From contig JAICJI010000007.1 in assembly GCA_025928515.1 (NCBI GenBank), forward strand, positions 1,335-65,334: DNA of 64,000 bases, read 5' to 3'. The translations under genes and the position numbers were made by a program. Source of the stretch: Thermoleophilia bacterium. GTDB taxonomy: Bacteria; Actinomycetota; Thermoleophilia; Gaiellales; Gaiellaceae. Below are positions 9,373 through 19,723 of the stretch, piece after piece; the stretch's first letter is position 1, and each line of letters begins with the position of its first letter. The notes beneath the pieces were generated by a model, which saw only the letters and a program-made list of their open reading frames with translations, had not been told where the DNA came from and ran no database searches.

Positions 9373-12300
9373 CGATCCGTTCCTGAAGGGACATCGCCTG
9401 CTCGGCACGCGCGGCCGCGATCGCGTGCACGGCGGCGGCAGCACCGGAGAGGGTCGTGATGCACGGCACTCGCCGCACGAGCGCCGCCTCGCGGATCGCG
9501 TAACCGTCCGACCGCGCGTTGCGGCCCTCGGGCGTGTTGATCACGAGGTCGCAGCGGCCGCGCCGGATGAGATCGACCACCGTGGGCTCGCCTTCGCTGG
9601 CCTCGCTGAGCTTCCGCACCGGCTCGACGTCGATCCCCGCGGCGGCGAGCGTGGCGGCCGTCCCCTCCGTCGCATAGAGCTCGAAGCCGAGCCCGACGAG
9701 CGTGGCGGCAATCGGCACGGCCTGCTGGTGGTCGGGCTCGCGAATGGAGATGAAGACGGATCCGGAGCGAGGCAGTCTGCGCCCGGCCGCCCGTTCGGCC
9801 TTGTCGAGTGCGGTCGAGAGGTCGGCGGCACTCGCCATCACCTCCCCGGTCGAGCGCATCTCGGGGCCGAGCACCGGGTCGCTGCCGGGGAAACGCGCGA
9901 ACGGGAGGACGGCGGCCTTCACGCTCCACTGCCGCGGTGGGCGCTCCGGCGGGAGGCCGAGCTCCGAGACCTTCGCGCCGAGCGCAAGCCGGCACGCAGA
10001 CTTCACGAGCTCGACACCCGTCGCTTTGCTCACGAACGGGACCGTCCGCGACGCGCGCGGGTTCGCCTCGATCACGTACACCTCGCCGTCGCCCGTCACC
10101 GCGAGCTGGACGTTGAGGAGCCCGACCGCCCCGAGCGCGCGACCGAGGATGCGCACGACGTGCGCGATCTCCTGCGCCTCAGCGAACGAGAGGCTCGGCG
10201 CCGGCAGGACACACGCGGAGTCGCCGGAGTGGACACCCGCCTCTTCGACGTGCTGCATCACCGCCGCGACGTACGTGTCGACGCCGTCGCAGAGCGCATC
10301 GACGTCGACCTCGACCGCGTTCTCGACGAAGCGGTCGACGAGGATCCGCTCGAACGGCGGCATCTCCCGCACCTCGTCGGCCGTGTAGCAGACGCGCATC
10401 GCGCGGCCGCCGAGGACGTAGGACGGCCGGACGAGCACCGGATAGCCGATCCGCTCGGCGATCTCGACCGCCTCGTCGGGCGACGCCGCGATCCCCCACT
10501 CCGGCGAGCGGAGCCCGTGCGCGCGCAACAGGCCGGCGAAACGCTCGCGGTCCTCGGCGAGGTCGACTGCGTCGAACGGCGTCCCGAGGATCCGGTAGCC
10601 GGCGTCCTCGATCGCCCGCGCCAGCTTGAGCGGCGTCTGGCCGCCGAACTGGATCACGACGCCGTCGGGCTTCTCCCGCTCGCAGATCGCCAGCACGGAC
10701 TCGGTGTCGAGCGGCTCGAAGTAGAGCCGGTCGGAGGTGTCGTAGTCGGTCGAGACCGTCTCGGGATTGCAGTTGACCATGACCGCCTCGTAGCCGAGCT
10801 CGCGGTACGTCGTGACGGCGTGGACGCAGCAGTAGTCGAACTCGATTCCCTGCCCGATCCGGTTCGGGCCGGAGCCGAGGATGACGACGCGAGGGCGGTC
10901 GCCCGTCGGCGGCGCCTCGTCGGCCTCGCCCCAGGTGGAGTAGAAGTAGTTCGAGGCCGCCTCGACCTCGCCCGCGCAGGAGTCGACGCGGCGGTACACC
11001 GGGCGGACGCCGCAGTCGCGCCGACGTTGGCGGACGACCGTCTCGGTTGCGCCCGCGGCAGTTGCGATCTGCGCATCGGAAAGACCGGCGCGCTTCAGCC
11101 GCACCCAGTCGGCGGCGCCGAGCGACTCCACTGCACCGATGCCGTCGAGCGCGACCGCGATTTGGTCGAGCTCGCGCTGGAAAAACGGGTGCACGTCCTC
11201 CGGGACGTCCGCGAGCGCGTCCCACGGCGTCGCGGCGCCGGCGTCGAGCTCGCGCGAGCGGTACGCCTTGAGGAACGCTTCGGCGAACGTGCGGCCGATG
11301 CCCATCGTCTCCCCCACCGACTTCATCTGCGTGCCGAGCGTGCGGTCGGCACCCGGGAACTTCTCGAAGGCGAAGCGCGGGAACTTGACGACGACGTAGT
11401 CGAGCGTCGGCTCGAAGCTCGCGGGCGTCGTCCCCGTCAGGTCGTTCGGGATCTCGTCGAGCGTGTAGCCGACCGCGAGCCTCGCTGCAACCTTCGCGAT
11501 CGGGTAACCGGTGGCCTTCGACGCGAGCGCCGACGAGCGCGAGACGCGCGGGTTCATCTCGATCACGCGCACGTCCCCCGTCTCGCGGCTGCGGGCGAAC
11601 TGGATGTTCGAGCCGCCGGTGTCGACGCCGACCGCGCGGATCACGGCGGCCGCGGCGTCCCGGAGCTCCTGATACGCCTCGTCCGGGAGCGTCATCTGCG
11701 GCGCGACGGTGACGGAGTCGCCGGTGTGCACACCCATCGGGTCGAGGTTCTCGATCGAGCAGACGATGACGACGTTGTCGATCCGGTCGCGGACGACTTC
11801 GAGCTCGAACTCGTCCCAGCCACGCACCGACTCCTCGACGAGCACCTGGCCGATCGGCGACTCCGAGAGCCCGCGCTCTACCTGCCGGTACAGCTCCTCC
11901 GCCGTGTACGCGAAGCCGCCGCCGTGGCCGCCCAGAGTGAAAGCGGGACGCACGACCGCGGGCACCATCAGCCCGTCGAGCTCGTCGAGCGACGTGACGA
12001 TCGCGGAGGTCGGTACCTGAAGCCCGCAGGACTCGACCGCCTCCTTGAACTTGAGCCGATCCTCCGCGCGCTCGATCGCGTCGAGCCGGGCACCGATCAG
12101 CTCGATCCCGAGCTCGTCGAGTACGCCCTCGTTCGCGAGCTCGCGCGCGAGGTTGAGCGCCGTCTGGCCGCCCATCGTGGGCAGGAGCGCGTCGGGCCGC
12201 TCGAGCCGCAACACCTCGGCCACCGACTCCACGTCGAGCGGCTCGAGGTAGGTGCGGTCGGCGAAGCCGGGGTCGGTCATGATCGTCGCCGGGTTGGAGT

Positions 12301-12442
12301 TGACGACGATCGTGCGGAACCCGTCCTCCCGCAGCACCTTCAACGCCTGGCAGCCCGCGTAGTCGAACTCGGCGGCCTGGCCGATCACGATCGGCCCGGA
12401 GCCGACGATGCAGATCGACTCGATGTCCTCACGCCTAGGCAT
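9341..12442 (-). CDS. carB: carbamoyl-phosphate synthase large subunit
   Basis: Starts [30 protein letters not shown], with duplicated ATP-grasp halves and an MGS-like C-terminus. The start is ATG 12442, which overlaps the carA stop by 8 nt. Confidence 0.97.
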   Translation of the reverse strand: MPRREDIESICIVGSGPIVIGQAAEFDYAGCQALKVLREDGFRTIVVNSNPATIMTDPGFADRTYLEPLDVESVAEVLRLERPDALLPTMGGQTALNLARELANEGVLDELGIELIGARLDAIERAEDRLKFKEAVESCGLQVPTSAIVTSLDELDGLMVPAVVRPAFTLGGHGGGFAYTAEELYRQVERGLSESPIGQVLVEESVRGWDEFELEVVRDRIDNVVIVCSIENLDPMGVHTGDSVTVAPQMTLPDEAYQELRDAAAAVIRAVGVDTGGSNIQFARSRETGDVRVIEMNPRVSRSSALASKATGYPIAKVAARLAVGYTLDEIPNDLTGTTPASFEPTLDYVVVKFPRFAFEKFPGADRTLGTQMKSVGETMGIGRTFAEAFLKAYRSRELDAGAATPWDALADVPEDVHPFFQRELDQIAVALDGIGAVESLGAADWVRLKRAGLSDAQIATAAGATETVVRQRRRDCGVRPVYRRVDSCAGEVEAASNYFYSTWGEADEAPPTGDRPRVVILGSGPNRIGQGIEFDYCCVHAVTTYRELGYEAVMVNCNPETVSTDYDTSDRLYFEPLDTESVLAICEREKPDGVVIQFGGQTPLKLARAIEDAGYRILGTPFDAVDLAEDRERFAGLLRAHGLRSPEWGIAASPDEAVEIAERIGYPVLVRPSYVLGGRAMRVCYTADEVREMPPFERILVDRFVENAVEVDVDALCDGVDTYVAAVMQHVEEAGVHSGDSACVLPAPSLSFAEAQEIAHVVRILGRALGAVGLLNVQLAVTGDGEVYVIEANPRASRTVPFVSKATGVELVKSACRLALGAKVSELGLPPERPPRQWSVKAAVLPFARFPGSDPVLGPEMRSTGEVMASAADLSTALDKAERAAGRRLPRSGSVFISIREPDHQQAVPIAATLVGLGFELYATEGTAATLAAAGIDVEPVRKLSEASEGEPTVVDLIRRGRCDLVINTPEGRNARSDGYAIREAALVRRVPCITTLSGAAAAVHAIAAARAEQAMSLQERIDAELGLTQSA

Positions 12443-13466
12443 TCGCCACCTCCTCGACCCAGGCCTCGAGCAGCGGCCACGCGTCGTGCGGCCCGGGCCC
12501 GGCCTCGGGATGGAACTGCAGCGACCGTGCGCGCAGCTCCGGCAGGTCGAGGCCCTCGACCGTCCCGTCGTAGAGCGAGACATGCGAGACCTCGGCCGCC
12601 TCACTCGGCTTCACCGCGAAGCCGTGGTTCTGGCTCGTCACGAGCACACGGCCCGTGAGCCGCTCGTGCACCGGGTGGTTCGCGCCGCGATGGCCGAACG
12701 GGAGCTTGTACGTCTCGTGGCCGGTCGCCCGCGCGATCAGCTGGTGGCCGAGGCAGATGCCCATCACGTGCGTCCGGCCCAGCAGCTCCTGCACCGTCGC
12801 GGTCTCGGCCGCGAGCGGCTCCGGGTCTCCCGGGCCTGGCGACAGGAGGACGCCGTCGTGGCGCGCGAGCTCGCCGGCGCCCGTGCCGTGCGGATGGACG
12901 GTGACCGCGGCGCCGGCCTTCGCAAGCCTGCGCAGCACCGAGTTCTTGACGCCGTAGTCCACGACGCCGATCGAGACGCGCCCCTCAGAGGCAAACACGT
13001 ACGGCTCGTCGGTCGACACGTCCTCGATCAGGGCGCGCCCGAGCATCGACGGCTGCCGCCCGGCAAGCTCGACCGCCTCCTCGACCGCCAGGTCGGAAGC
13101 GACGGCGATGCCCGGAGCGGAGCCAGCATCGCGTAGGTGGAGTACGAGGCTTCGCGTGTCGATCCCGGTGAGCGCGACGATGCCGCGCTCGCGCAGCCAG
13201 TCGGTCCACTCAGGCCCGCGCGCCTCGCGCATCAGCACCGCCCGCGCGTGTGTCCGCGCCGACTCGCTCCGCTCCTCGGCCACCCCGTAGTTGCCGATCA
13301 TCGGCGCCGTGAAGCAGATGAGCTGATCCTCGAAGCTCGGGTCGGTGACCGCCTCCTGGTAACCCGACATGCCGGTCGTGAAGACGGCTTCGCCGAGCGC
13401 GTGGCCGTCGGCACCGACCGATTCGCCGTGCCAGACCGTTCCGTCGGCGAGCGCGAGATAGCTCAT
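12435..13466 (-). CDS. carA: carbamoyl-phosphate synthase small (glutaminase) subunit
   Basis: Contains [26 protein letters not shown] (catalytic Cys) and NHGFAV. Confidence 0.95.
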   Translation of the reverse strand: MSYLALADGTVWHGESVGADGHALGEAVFTTGMSGYQEAVTDPSFEDQLICFTAPMIGNYGVAEERSESARTHARAVLMREARGPEWTDWLRERGIVALTGIDTRSLVLHLRDAGSAPGIAVASDLAVEEAVELAGRQPSMLGRALIEDVSTDEPYVFASEGRVSIGVVDYGVKNSVLRRLAKAGAAVTVHPHGTGAGELARHDGVLLSPGPGDPEPLAAETATVQELLGRTHVMGICLGHQLIARATGHETYKLPFGHRGANHPVHERLTGRVLVTSQNHGFAVKPSEAAEVSHVSLYDGTVEGLDLPELRARSLQFHPEAGPGPHDAWPLLEAWVEEVANA

Positions 13467-14776
13467 GCGAGCTCCTTGCTGTCAAGGACGAGCCCTCCAC
13501 CGGCGAGCGTCATGCGCACCGCGCCGCTGAGCTTTGAGCCGAGCAGCCAGGAGTTGGCCGACCGCGAGCGGAAGGGCTGTTCGCCGACCGTCCACTTCCG
13601 GTCGAGGTCGAGGAGGACGAGGTTCGCCCGCGCACCAGCCGCGACCCGCGGCCGATCGAGCCCGAAGATCCGTGCCGGCCCGGCGGACATCCGCTCGAGC
13701 AGCGTCTCGAGCGGCAGCAGGCCGGGCTCGACGAGATGCGTATAGAGCGAGGCGAACGCGGTCTCGAGACCGGTCACGCCGAACGGCGCCGCCTCGAACG
13801 GCACCTCCTTCTCGTGCGCGGCATGCGGCGCGTGGTCGGTCGCTATCGCCTCGATCGTCCCGTCCCGCACGGCGTCGAGCAGTGCCTGCCGATCCTCCTC
13901 GGCCCGCAGCGGTGGGTTCATCTTCACGTTCGGATCGAGCGAGCGAACTGCGTCGTCGGTGAGGACGAGGTGATGCGGCGTCGCCTCACCACTCGCCGCG
14001 ACGCCGGCCTCGCGCGCACGGCGCAGCGCGTCGACCGACTCGACCGCCGAAAGGTGGAGCACGTGGATGCGGCCGCTCTCGTAGCCGGCGAGCGCGAGGT
14101 CACGCTCGACCGCGACCGACTCGGCCACGGACGGATAGCCCGCGAACCCGAGCTCGGCCGCGACGCGTCCCTCGTGCACGTGACCGCCGCGCGAGAGCGT
14201 CGGCTCCTCACAGTGGAGCGCGAGCGGCCGGTCGGTGATCGAGGCGTACTGCAGAGCGCGACGCATGAGGCCCGCGGAGGCGACCGGGACGCCGTCGTCG
14301 GAGAAAGCGACCGCCCCCGTGTCGGCGAGCTCGCCCATCTCGGTCAGCTCCTCCCCGCGCTGCCCGCGCGTGATCGCTGCGAGGAAGCCGACCGGAATCT
14401 CGGCCTCGTGACACGCGGTCTCGACGAGCGCACCGAGCGTGGCCGCCGAGTCGACGATCGGCTCGGTGTTCGGCATGGCGAGGATCGCGCAGTAGCCGCC
14501 GGCCGCCGCAGCCGCGGTCCCGCTCGCGACCGTCTCCTCGTCCTCGCGGCCGGGCGTGCGCAGATGAACGTGCGAGTCGACGAAGGCCGGCGCGAGCACG
14601 AGCCCCTCCGCCTCGATCACGCGGTGCCCGTTCGCGTCCACCTTCTCGGCAACCTCCGCGATCGTCCCGTCGTCGATCCGCACCTCGAGCCGCGCGTCGA
14701 GTCTCTCGGCCGGATCGAGCACGCGCGCGCCGCGGATGACGAGGCTCGCGCCCGGAAGCTCACGCTGCCAGAGCAT
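13463..14776 (-). CDS. pyrC: dihydroorotase
   Basis: Contains FVDSHVHLRTPG, TDHAPH and a cyclic amidohydrolase fold. The start ATG 14776 (MLWQRE) overlaps the pyrB stop by 1 nt (TGATG). Confidence 0.92.
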   Translation of the reverse strand: MLWQRELPGASLVIRGARVLDPAERLDARLEVRIDDGTIAEVAEKVDANGHRVIEAEGLVLAPAFVDSHVHLRTPGREDEETVASGTAAAAAGGYCAILAMPNTEPIVDSAATLGALVETACHEAEIPVGFLAAITRGQRGEELTEMGELADTGAVAFSDDGVPVASAGLMRRALQYASITDRPLALHCEEPTLSRGGHVHEGRVAAELGFAGYPSVAESVAVERDLALAGYESGRIHVLHLSAVESVDALRRAREAGVAASGEATPHHLVLTDDAVRSLDPNVKMNPPLRAEEDRQALLDAVRDGTIEAIATDHAPHAAHEKEVPFEAAPFGVTGLETAFASLYTHLVEPGLLPLETLLERMSAGPARIFGLDRPRVAAGARANLVLLDLDRKWTVGEQPFRSRSANSWLLGSKLSGAVRMTLAGGGLVLDSKELA

Positions 14777-15756
14777 CACGCCACCTCCGCCGCCGCGAGG
14801 GCTTGTACTCCGACGGGGCCGCCGGTGAGGACGTCGTAGAGGACTGCCATCCGCACCACGAGCCCCGAGCGCACCTGCCTGAGGACCAGGGAGTCGGGCG
14901 AGTCGGCAACGAGCGGATCGATCTCGACGCCGCGGTTGATGGGCCCCGGGTGCATCACCTTCTGCCCGGGCCTCAGCCGCTCGGGTGTGATCCCCCAACG
15001 CGCGGCGTATTCACGGAGGCTCGGGACGAAGTTCGCACCCGGCTCCATTCGCTCGTTCTGCATGCGTAGGACGTAGACGACGTCGGCGTCGCGGATCACA
15101 TCGATGTCCGTCGACGTCTCGGCGGGCAGCTCGCGGGGCAAGAGCGCGGGCGGGCCGACGAGCGTCGCCCGGATCCCGACGAGCGCGAACGCCTGCAGCA
15201 GCGACCGCGCGACGCGTGAATGGAGAACGTCGCCGACGATCGCGACGTGGAGGCCGTCGAGCGGGCCGACCTCCTCGCGAATCGTGTAGAGGTCGAGCAG
15301 GGCCTGCGTCGGGTGCTGGTGCTTCCCGTCACCGGCGTTGACCACGTGTGCGTCCGTGACCTGCGCGACGAGCTGCGGAGCGCCGATCTGCGGGTGGCGG
15401 ATCACGATCACGTCGGGGCCGTACGCGCCGAGCGTCAGCGCGGTGTCCTTCAGCGATTCGCCCTTGTCCACCGAGGAGCCCGTCGACTTGACATTGAGGG
15501 TGTCCGCCGAGAGCCGCTTCGCCGCGAGCTCGAACGAGGACGACGTGCGCGTCGAGGACTCGTAGAAGAGATTGACGACGAGATGCCCCTTCAGCGTCGG
15601 GAGCTTCTTCACGTGCCGCTCGAGCGACGCCTCGAACGTTCGGGCGGTACCGAGCAGGCGCTCGACGTCGTCGCGCGTCAGGTCGGCAACTGAGAGGAGA
15701 TGTCTCCTCGGCGGATCGCCAGGCGGACGGAGATCGTCGGTGACGAGACGGATCAT
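14776..15756 (-). CDS. pyrB: aspartate carbamoyltransferase catalytic subunit
   Basis: Contains [26 protein letters not shown] and HPGPINRG. Confidence 0.95.
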   Translation of the reverse strand: MIRLVTDDLRPPGDPPRRHLLSVADLTRDDVERLLGTARTFEASLERHVKKLPTLKGHLVVNLFYESSTRTSSSFELAAKRLSADTLNVKSTGSSVDKGESLKDTALTLGAYGPDVIVIRHPQIGAPQLVAQVTDAHVVNAGDGKHQHPTQALLDLYTIREEVGPLDGLHVAIVGDVLHSRVARSLLQAFALVGIRATLVGPPALLPRELPAETSTDIDVIRDADVVYVLRMQNERMEPGANFVPSLREYAARWGITPERLRPGQKVMHPGPINRGVEIDPLVADSPDSLVLRQVRSGLVVRMAVLYDVLTGGPVGVQALAAAEVA

Positions 15757-16340
15757 CGGCTCTCCTCCTCGGGGCTCTCGACCAGCAGGACGGCGTCGAC
15801 CTCGTCCACCTCGACGAGCTGCACCTGGATGCGCTCGCCGCGCGCGGTCGGCAGGTTCTTGCCCACGTAATCGGGCCGGATCGGGAGCTCACGGTGGCCG
15901 CGGTCGGCGAGCACGGCGAGCTGCACGCGCGCAGGGCGGCCGTAGTCGAAGAGCGCCTCGATCGCCGCGCGGATGGTGCGGCCGGTGTAGAGGACGTCGT
16001 CGACGAGGACGACCGTCCGTCCGTCGAGCGGGAAGTCGAGCTGCGTCGCGCGAACGAGCGGTTGCGCCGCGAGCGGAGCCTCGCCGCCCCGGACGGTGAC
16101 GTCGTCGCGGTAGAAGGTGATGTCGACCGCGCCGAGCTCGGGTGCGACGCCGGAGCGTTCCTCGATCAGGCGCGCGAGCCGGTGCGCGAGCGGGACACCG
16201 CGCGTCTGGATCCCGACGAGCGCGACGTCGGCGAGTGCCGGGTTGCCCTCGATGATCTCGTGGGCGATTCTCGAAAGGGTTCTCCCGAGCCCGTCGGCGT
16301 CGAGGAGCGATTTCCCCTGAACGGGGGCGTGCGTATTCAT
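15753..16340 (-). CDS. pyrR: bifunctional pyrimidine operon regulator / uracil phosphoribosyltransferase
   Basis: PRTase motif [17 protein letters not shown]. It is the first gene of the pyr operon. Confidence 0.93.
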   Translation of the reverse strand: MNTHAPVQGKSLLDADGLGRTLSRIAHEIIEGNPALADVALVGIQTRGVPLAHRLARLIEERSGVAPELGAVDITFYRDDVTVRGGEAPLAAQPLVRATQLDFPLDGRTVVLVDDVLYTGRTIRAAIEALFDYGRPARVQLAVLADRGHRELPIRPDYVGKNLPTARGERIQVQLVEVDEVDAVLLVESPEEESR

Positions 16341-16351
16341 CCGACTCCTTT

Positions 16352-16370
16352 CCGGCCTCGCTGGACCGGG
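16352..16370 (-). promoter_or_regulatory. candidate PyrR-binding RNA loop abutting the pyrR ribosome-binding site
   Basis: The minus-strand RNA reads CCCGG-UCCAGCGAGG-CCGG-AAAGGAG-UCGG-AUG. GGUCCAGCGAGGCC differs at one position from the remembered PyrR loop consensus ARUCCAGAGAGGYU. It is presented on a CCGG/CCGG stem, 1 nt from the AAGGAG Shine-Dalgarno sequence. Confidence 0.5.
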
Positions 16371-16398
16371 TTAAAGGGTTCGTGCTCGGCGGACTGTA

Positions 16399-16428
16399 GC
16401 TGCCCCGCCGGATGAACGACGGGGCAGC
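16399..16428 (-). terminator. stem-loop after the ABM-like gene (possible intrinsic terminator)
   Basis: GCTGCCCCG pairs with CGGGGCAGC in a 9-bp GC-rich stem with a 12-nt loop. It starts 10 nt after the stop at 16438. There is no U-tract. Confidence 0.4.
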
Positions 16429-16437
16429 AGCGATCTC

Positions 16438-16737
16438 TCAGGCAGGCGTCTCCGCCATCACGCCGGTCGTGCTGCCGGCGGTCACCTGCGGCGGGAGCTC
16501 CGCGAGCTCCGGCAGGTTCTCGCGAACCCACGCGCGAGCTGCACCCGTCGACTCGAGGGCGATTTCCTCCGACTCGAACACGGTGATCGTCGCGAGGACA
16601 CCGTCGCCGGCGTCGATTGCCCAGTACCCCTGGAAGCCGGGACGGTCGCGGAGCATCGGCCCGAACTCCGCTACCGCGCGCCGGCATACCTCTGCGCTGT
16701 CGCCGGCGCCCTCGTACCTCCGAATGACTGTGTACAT
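16438..16737 (-). CDS. small ABM/Dabb-like (ferredoxin-fold) protein
   Basis: 99 aa: MYTVIRRYEGAGD...GFQGYWAIDAGDGVLATITVFESEE. This is typical of antibiotic-biosynthesis-monooxygenase-like domains. Confidence 0.5.
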   Translation of the reverse strand: MYTVIRRYEGAGDSAEVCRRAVAEFGPMLRDRPGFQGYWAIDAGDGVLATITVFESEEIALESTGAARAWVRENLPELAELPPQVTAGSTTGVMAETPA

Positions 16738-16794
16738 CGCCTTCCTCCTTGAGCAGCGGATCGGTACGAGCCGACTCTCCTCTCCTCCCCCGCG

Positions 16795-17649
16795 TCAAGC
16801 GAGAGTCGAGAGGAGCTCGAGCGCGGTCCGCTGTGCGGGATACGTCTCGTCGGCCGCGAGGACGATGGCCACCGCATCGGCACGGGGCAGCGCGAACACG
16901 CCCGCCGCATAGCCGGGACCGCCGCCGCCGTGGCCGACGACCGTCCCGAGCGGGTGCTCGGGGTCGGCCATCAGGCCGAGGCCGTACGACGGGCGGAAGA
17001 AGCCCGGCGCGTCGGCTCCGATCGGGACGAACGTCCGTGGATCGAGCATTTCCGCCGGCAAATCACGCCAGAAGCCCAGGAGGTCCTCGGCGCGGGCGAC
17101 GAGCGTGCGGTGCCCGACCCAACGCGGGTCGTAGACGCTCCGGACGTCGTCGACGCCGTCGAGGAGCAGCGCGCTCGGCGCCGGGACGGCAGCGCCCAGA
17201 TCGTTGGTGCGCTCGGCGACCGTCGCGTCCCCGAGACCAAGGCGCGGCAGGAACGCCCCGAGGCCACCGTGCTCGTCGAGGAGCCGGCGCAGGAGCAGAT
17301 AGCCCGTGTTGGAGTACGCCCAGCCTTTCCCGGGCTGGAACTCCGGCCCCGCCGCATCGGCGCGGGCGAGGAGCTCGTCGTCGTCCCACGCGGATCCTGG
17401 CCGTGTTCGCACGGCCTCGTGGTACTCCGACAGCGAGCCGTAGTCGCGGACACCGCTCGTGTGGTCGAGGAGCCTCCGCACCGAGCCGAGCTCGATGGCT
17501 CCCTCGCGCGCGAGGTAGAGCACGGCGGCGGCGACGGCCGTCTTCGTGACGCTGTAGATCGGGTACCGCGCGGCCCGGTCTCCGAGGATCTCAACGTCGT
17601 GCCCGACCGCGACGAGCGTGCTGACGCTCACGGGAGCTGCCGGAACCAC
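16795..17649 (-). CDS. serine hydrolase, beta-lactamase/PBP4* family
   Basis: SxxK motif in PIYSVTKTAVAAAVL, followed by YSNTGY. Confidence 0.75.
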   Translation of the reverse strand: MVPAAPVSVSTLVAVGHDVEILGDRAARYPIYSVTKTAVAAAVLYLAREGAIELGSVRRLLDHTSGVRDYGSLSEYHEAVRTRPGSAWDDDELLARADAAGPEFQPGKGWAYSNTGYLLLRRLLDEHGGLGAFLPRLGLGDATVAERTNDLGAAVPAPSALLLDGVDDVRSVYDPRWVGHRTLVARAEDLLGFWRDLPAEMLDPRTFVPIGADAPGFFRPSYGLGLMADPEHPLGTVVGHGGGGPGYAAGVFALPRADAVAIVLAADETYPAQRTALELLSTLA

Positions 17650-17667
17650 TCGGGCGACGCTACAGCG

Positions 17668-18468
17668 TCAGGTCGCTGAGCGACGACGTGGCTGGAGCGT
17701 GCCGCGTCTGACGGCGGCGTAGAGCCCCGCCCACTGCCGCGCGTCGAGGTCGCGCGCGAAGGCGCGCCGATCGAAGCCGTGCTCGAGCGCAACTCGATGG
17801 ACCTGGCCACGCGGGAGGATCCGGCCGAGCGGCGCCTGAGTCGCGAACGCCCGGCGGAGCAACGCCTCGTACGCTGCGACCTCCGCCGGCGGGACGAGCG
17901 GGTGCGAGCGGCGCGTCGCGCGCAGCACCGCGGCGTCGACGCTCGGCGGTGGCGTAAAGCACGCCCGAGGCACGCGCCGTACCAGCCGCAGCTCGTACCA
18001 CGCGCCCCAGGTGCAGCCGAGCAACGTCGAGGGCCAGACCGCCGTCCGCTTCGCGGCGAGGCCCCATTCCACGATCGCGTCGAGCTGCGTCAGCGGCACG
18101 TGCGGGTCGCCGAGCAACCGGCGCAGGATCGCTGTGCCCGCAGCGAACGGCAGGTTCGCGACGACGGCGAACGGCTCGCGCGGCAGCGGCACCGCGGTCG
18201 CGTCGCCTTGCACCACCGCGACCCGCGGATCGGCTCCGAAGCGCGTCCTCAGCTCTCGCAGCGCGGTCGGGTCGAGCTCGATCGCTCGCACGCGCGCGCC
18301 CGCGTCCGCGAGTGCACGCGTCAGCGCGCCGGAGCCGGCACCGAGGTCGAGCACGAGCGTGCCGGGCTCGACGCCGGCGTCGCGAACGAGCTCGTCGACG
18401 AAGGAACGGCTACGAAGAGCGTGGCGGCCGCGTGGCCGCGCCTGCGGTGAGGCGCGCCCTACGGACAC
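17668..18468 (-). CDS. Erm-like rRNA adenine N6-methyltransferase
   Basis: SAM site VLDLGAGSGALTRALA...RVRAIELDP and catalytic-loop region EPFAVVANLPF. The C-terminal domain resembles Erm (FTPPPSVDAAVLRATRR, DARQWAGLY). The N-terminal QNFL motif is degenerate (SRSF). Confidence 0.7.
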   Translation of the reverse strand: MSVGRASPQARPRGRHALRSRSFVDELVRDAGVEPGTLVLDLGAGSGALTRALADAGARVRAIELDPTALRELRTRFGADPRVAVVQGDATAVPLPREPFAVVANLPFAAGTAILRRLLGDPHVPLTQLDAIVEWGLAAKRTAVWPSTLLGCTWGAWYELRLVRRVPRACFTPPPSVDAAVLRATRRSHPLVPPAEVAAYEALLRRAFATQAPLGRILPRGQVHRVALEHGFDRRAFARDLDARQWAGLYAAVRRGTLQPRRRSAT

Positions 18469-18487
18469 GAACCATCATTGGCATCGG

Positions 18488-18700
18488 TTAAGGCTCCGAA
18501 ATGAGTTCGTCGGGCTCGGTCAGGGCCTCGATCGCTTCCTGCGCCGTCTCGAGCTCGGCCTCGGGGACACGAACGCTCACCGCGTCGTCCTCGGGCGACT
18601 GCTCGATCGAGGAGTCGATCCCCGCGTTGCGGAGGATCTCCTGCATCTCCTCCGCCTCCGCGACGTCACCGGCGACCGCGACCTGAACCATTCCGCTCAT
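18488..18700 (-). CDS. small acidic protein (DUF2007-like)
   Basis: 70 aa: VAVAGDVAEAEEMQEILRNAGIDSSIE...VRVPEAELETAQEAI. It overlaps the rnz stop by 4 nt. Confidence 0.45.
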   Translation of the reverse strand: MSGMVQVAVAGDVAEAEEMQEILRNAGIDSSIEQSPEDDAVSVRVPEAELETAQEAIEALTEPDELISEP

Positions 18701-19686
18701 GACGGCTCGATCATAGGCGCTTCGACAGATCGCGGCGGCCGCGCGCCGCTCCTGACGAGGCTGGGCGCGCCGCGCTCGGGGAACGGCACCTCGATCAGGT
18801 CGAAGTCGCGTGGCACGACGGTGTCGGGAAAGACCCCGCGCGCCTCCTCCGCGAGCTCGGGCCCGAAGTAGCGCGGCGAGACGTGTGTGAGCGCGAGCAG
18901 GCGCACCTGCGCGAGGCGGGCAACTTCGGCCGCCTGAGCCGCAGTCGAATGCATCGTCTCCCGCGCGCGTTCCTCCTCCTCGGCGAGGAAGCTCGCCTCG
19001 TGCACGAGCAGATCCGCGCCGTGTGCGGCTTGCACGACGAGCGGTGACGGCGCGGTGTCACCGGTGAGGACGAGCCGGCGCCCCGGGCGCGGCTCCCCGA
19101 GCACGTCCGCCGGGGTGACGGTGCGCCCGGACTCGAGGGTCACGTCCTCCCCGGCCTGCAGCCGTCCACGGTCGGGGCCGTCGGGCACGCCGAGCGCGTC
19201 GGCGGCGCTCACGTCGAACCGCCCGGGCCGCTCCTGTTCAACGACCGCGTAGCCGAGCGCGTCGGCGCCATGCTCGACCGCGAAGCTCTCGATCGCGTAG
19301 TCGCCCCGCTCGAGCGTTTCCCCCGCCTCGAGCTCGACGGGGGTCAGCGGGTACGGGAGCCGGCCGACGAACGGCTGCAGCCTCTTGAAGAGCTCCCGCA
19401 GCCCACGCGGCCCGTAGACGGTGAGCGGCGTCTCGTCTCGGCCGCGCAACGCGAACGTCTTCAGCATCCCCGGCAAGCCGAGGAAGTGGTCGGCGTGGAA
19501 GTGCGTGAAGAAGATCTCCTCCAGGTCGGGCAGGCCGACCGCCGACCGCTGCAGCTGCCGCTGTGTCCCCTCGCCGCAGTCGAAGAGGAGCCGTTCGCTG
19601 CCGCGCCGCACGAGCAGCGCCGCCGGCCCACGCTGCGCCGTCGGCATCGAGCCGGCCGTGCCGAGGAAGACGACGTCGAGATCCAC
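18697..19686 (-). CDS. rnz: ribonuclease Z (MBL fold)
   Basis: Starts VVFLGTAGSMPT...LLFDCGEGTQRQL and carries the HxHxDH motif FTHFHADHFLGLPG. Confidence 0.85.
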   Translation of the reverse strand: MDLDVVFLGTAGSMPTAQRGPAALLVRRGSERLLFDCGEGTQRQLQRSAVGLPDLEEIFFTHFHADHFLGLPGMLKTFALRGRDETPLTVYGPRGLRELFKRLQPFVGRLPYPLTPVELEAGETLERGDYAIESFAVEHGADALGYAVVEQERPGRFDVSAADALGVPDGPDRGRLQAGEDVTLESGRTVTPADVLGEPRPGRRLVLTGDTAPSPLVVQAAHGADLLVHEASFLAEEEERARETMHSTAAQAAEVARLAQVRLLALTHVSPRYFGPELAEEARGVFPDTVVPRDFDLIEVPFPERGAPSLVRSGARPPRSVEAPMIEPS

Positions 19687-19723
19687 CCGGCGATTCTAGG
19701 AAGCCCGGCGATAGGGTCTCCGT

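Noticed and set aside
9164-12658. A 1164-aa plus-strand ORF, the second-longest in the track.
   Set aside because: It is exactly antisense to carB, whose identity is unambiguous. The translation is Arg/Asp/Gly/Pro-rich low-complexity sequence with no motifs. This is the typical stop-poor antisense frame of very GC-rich DNA.
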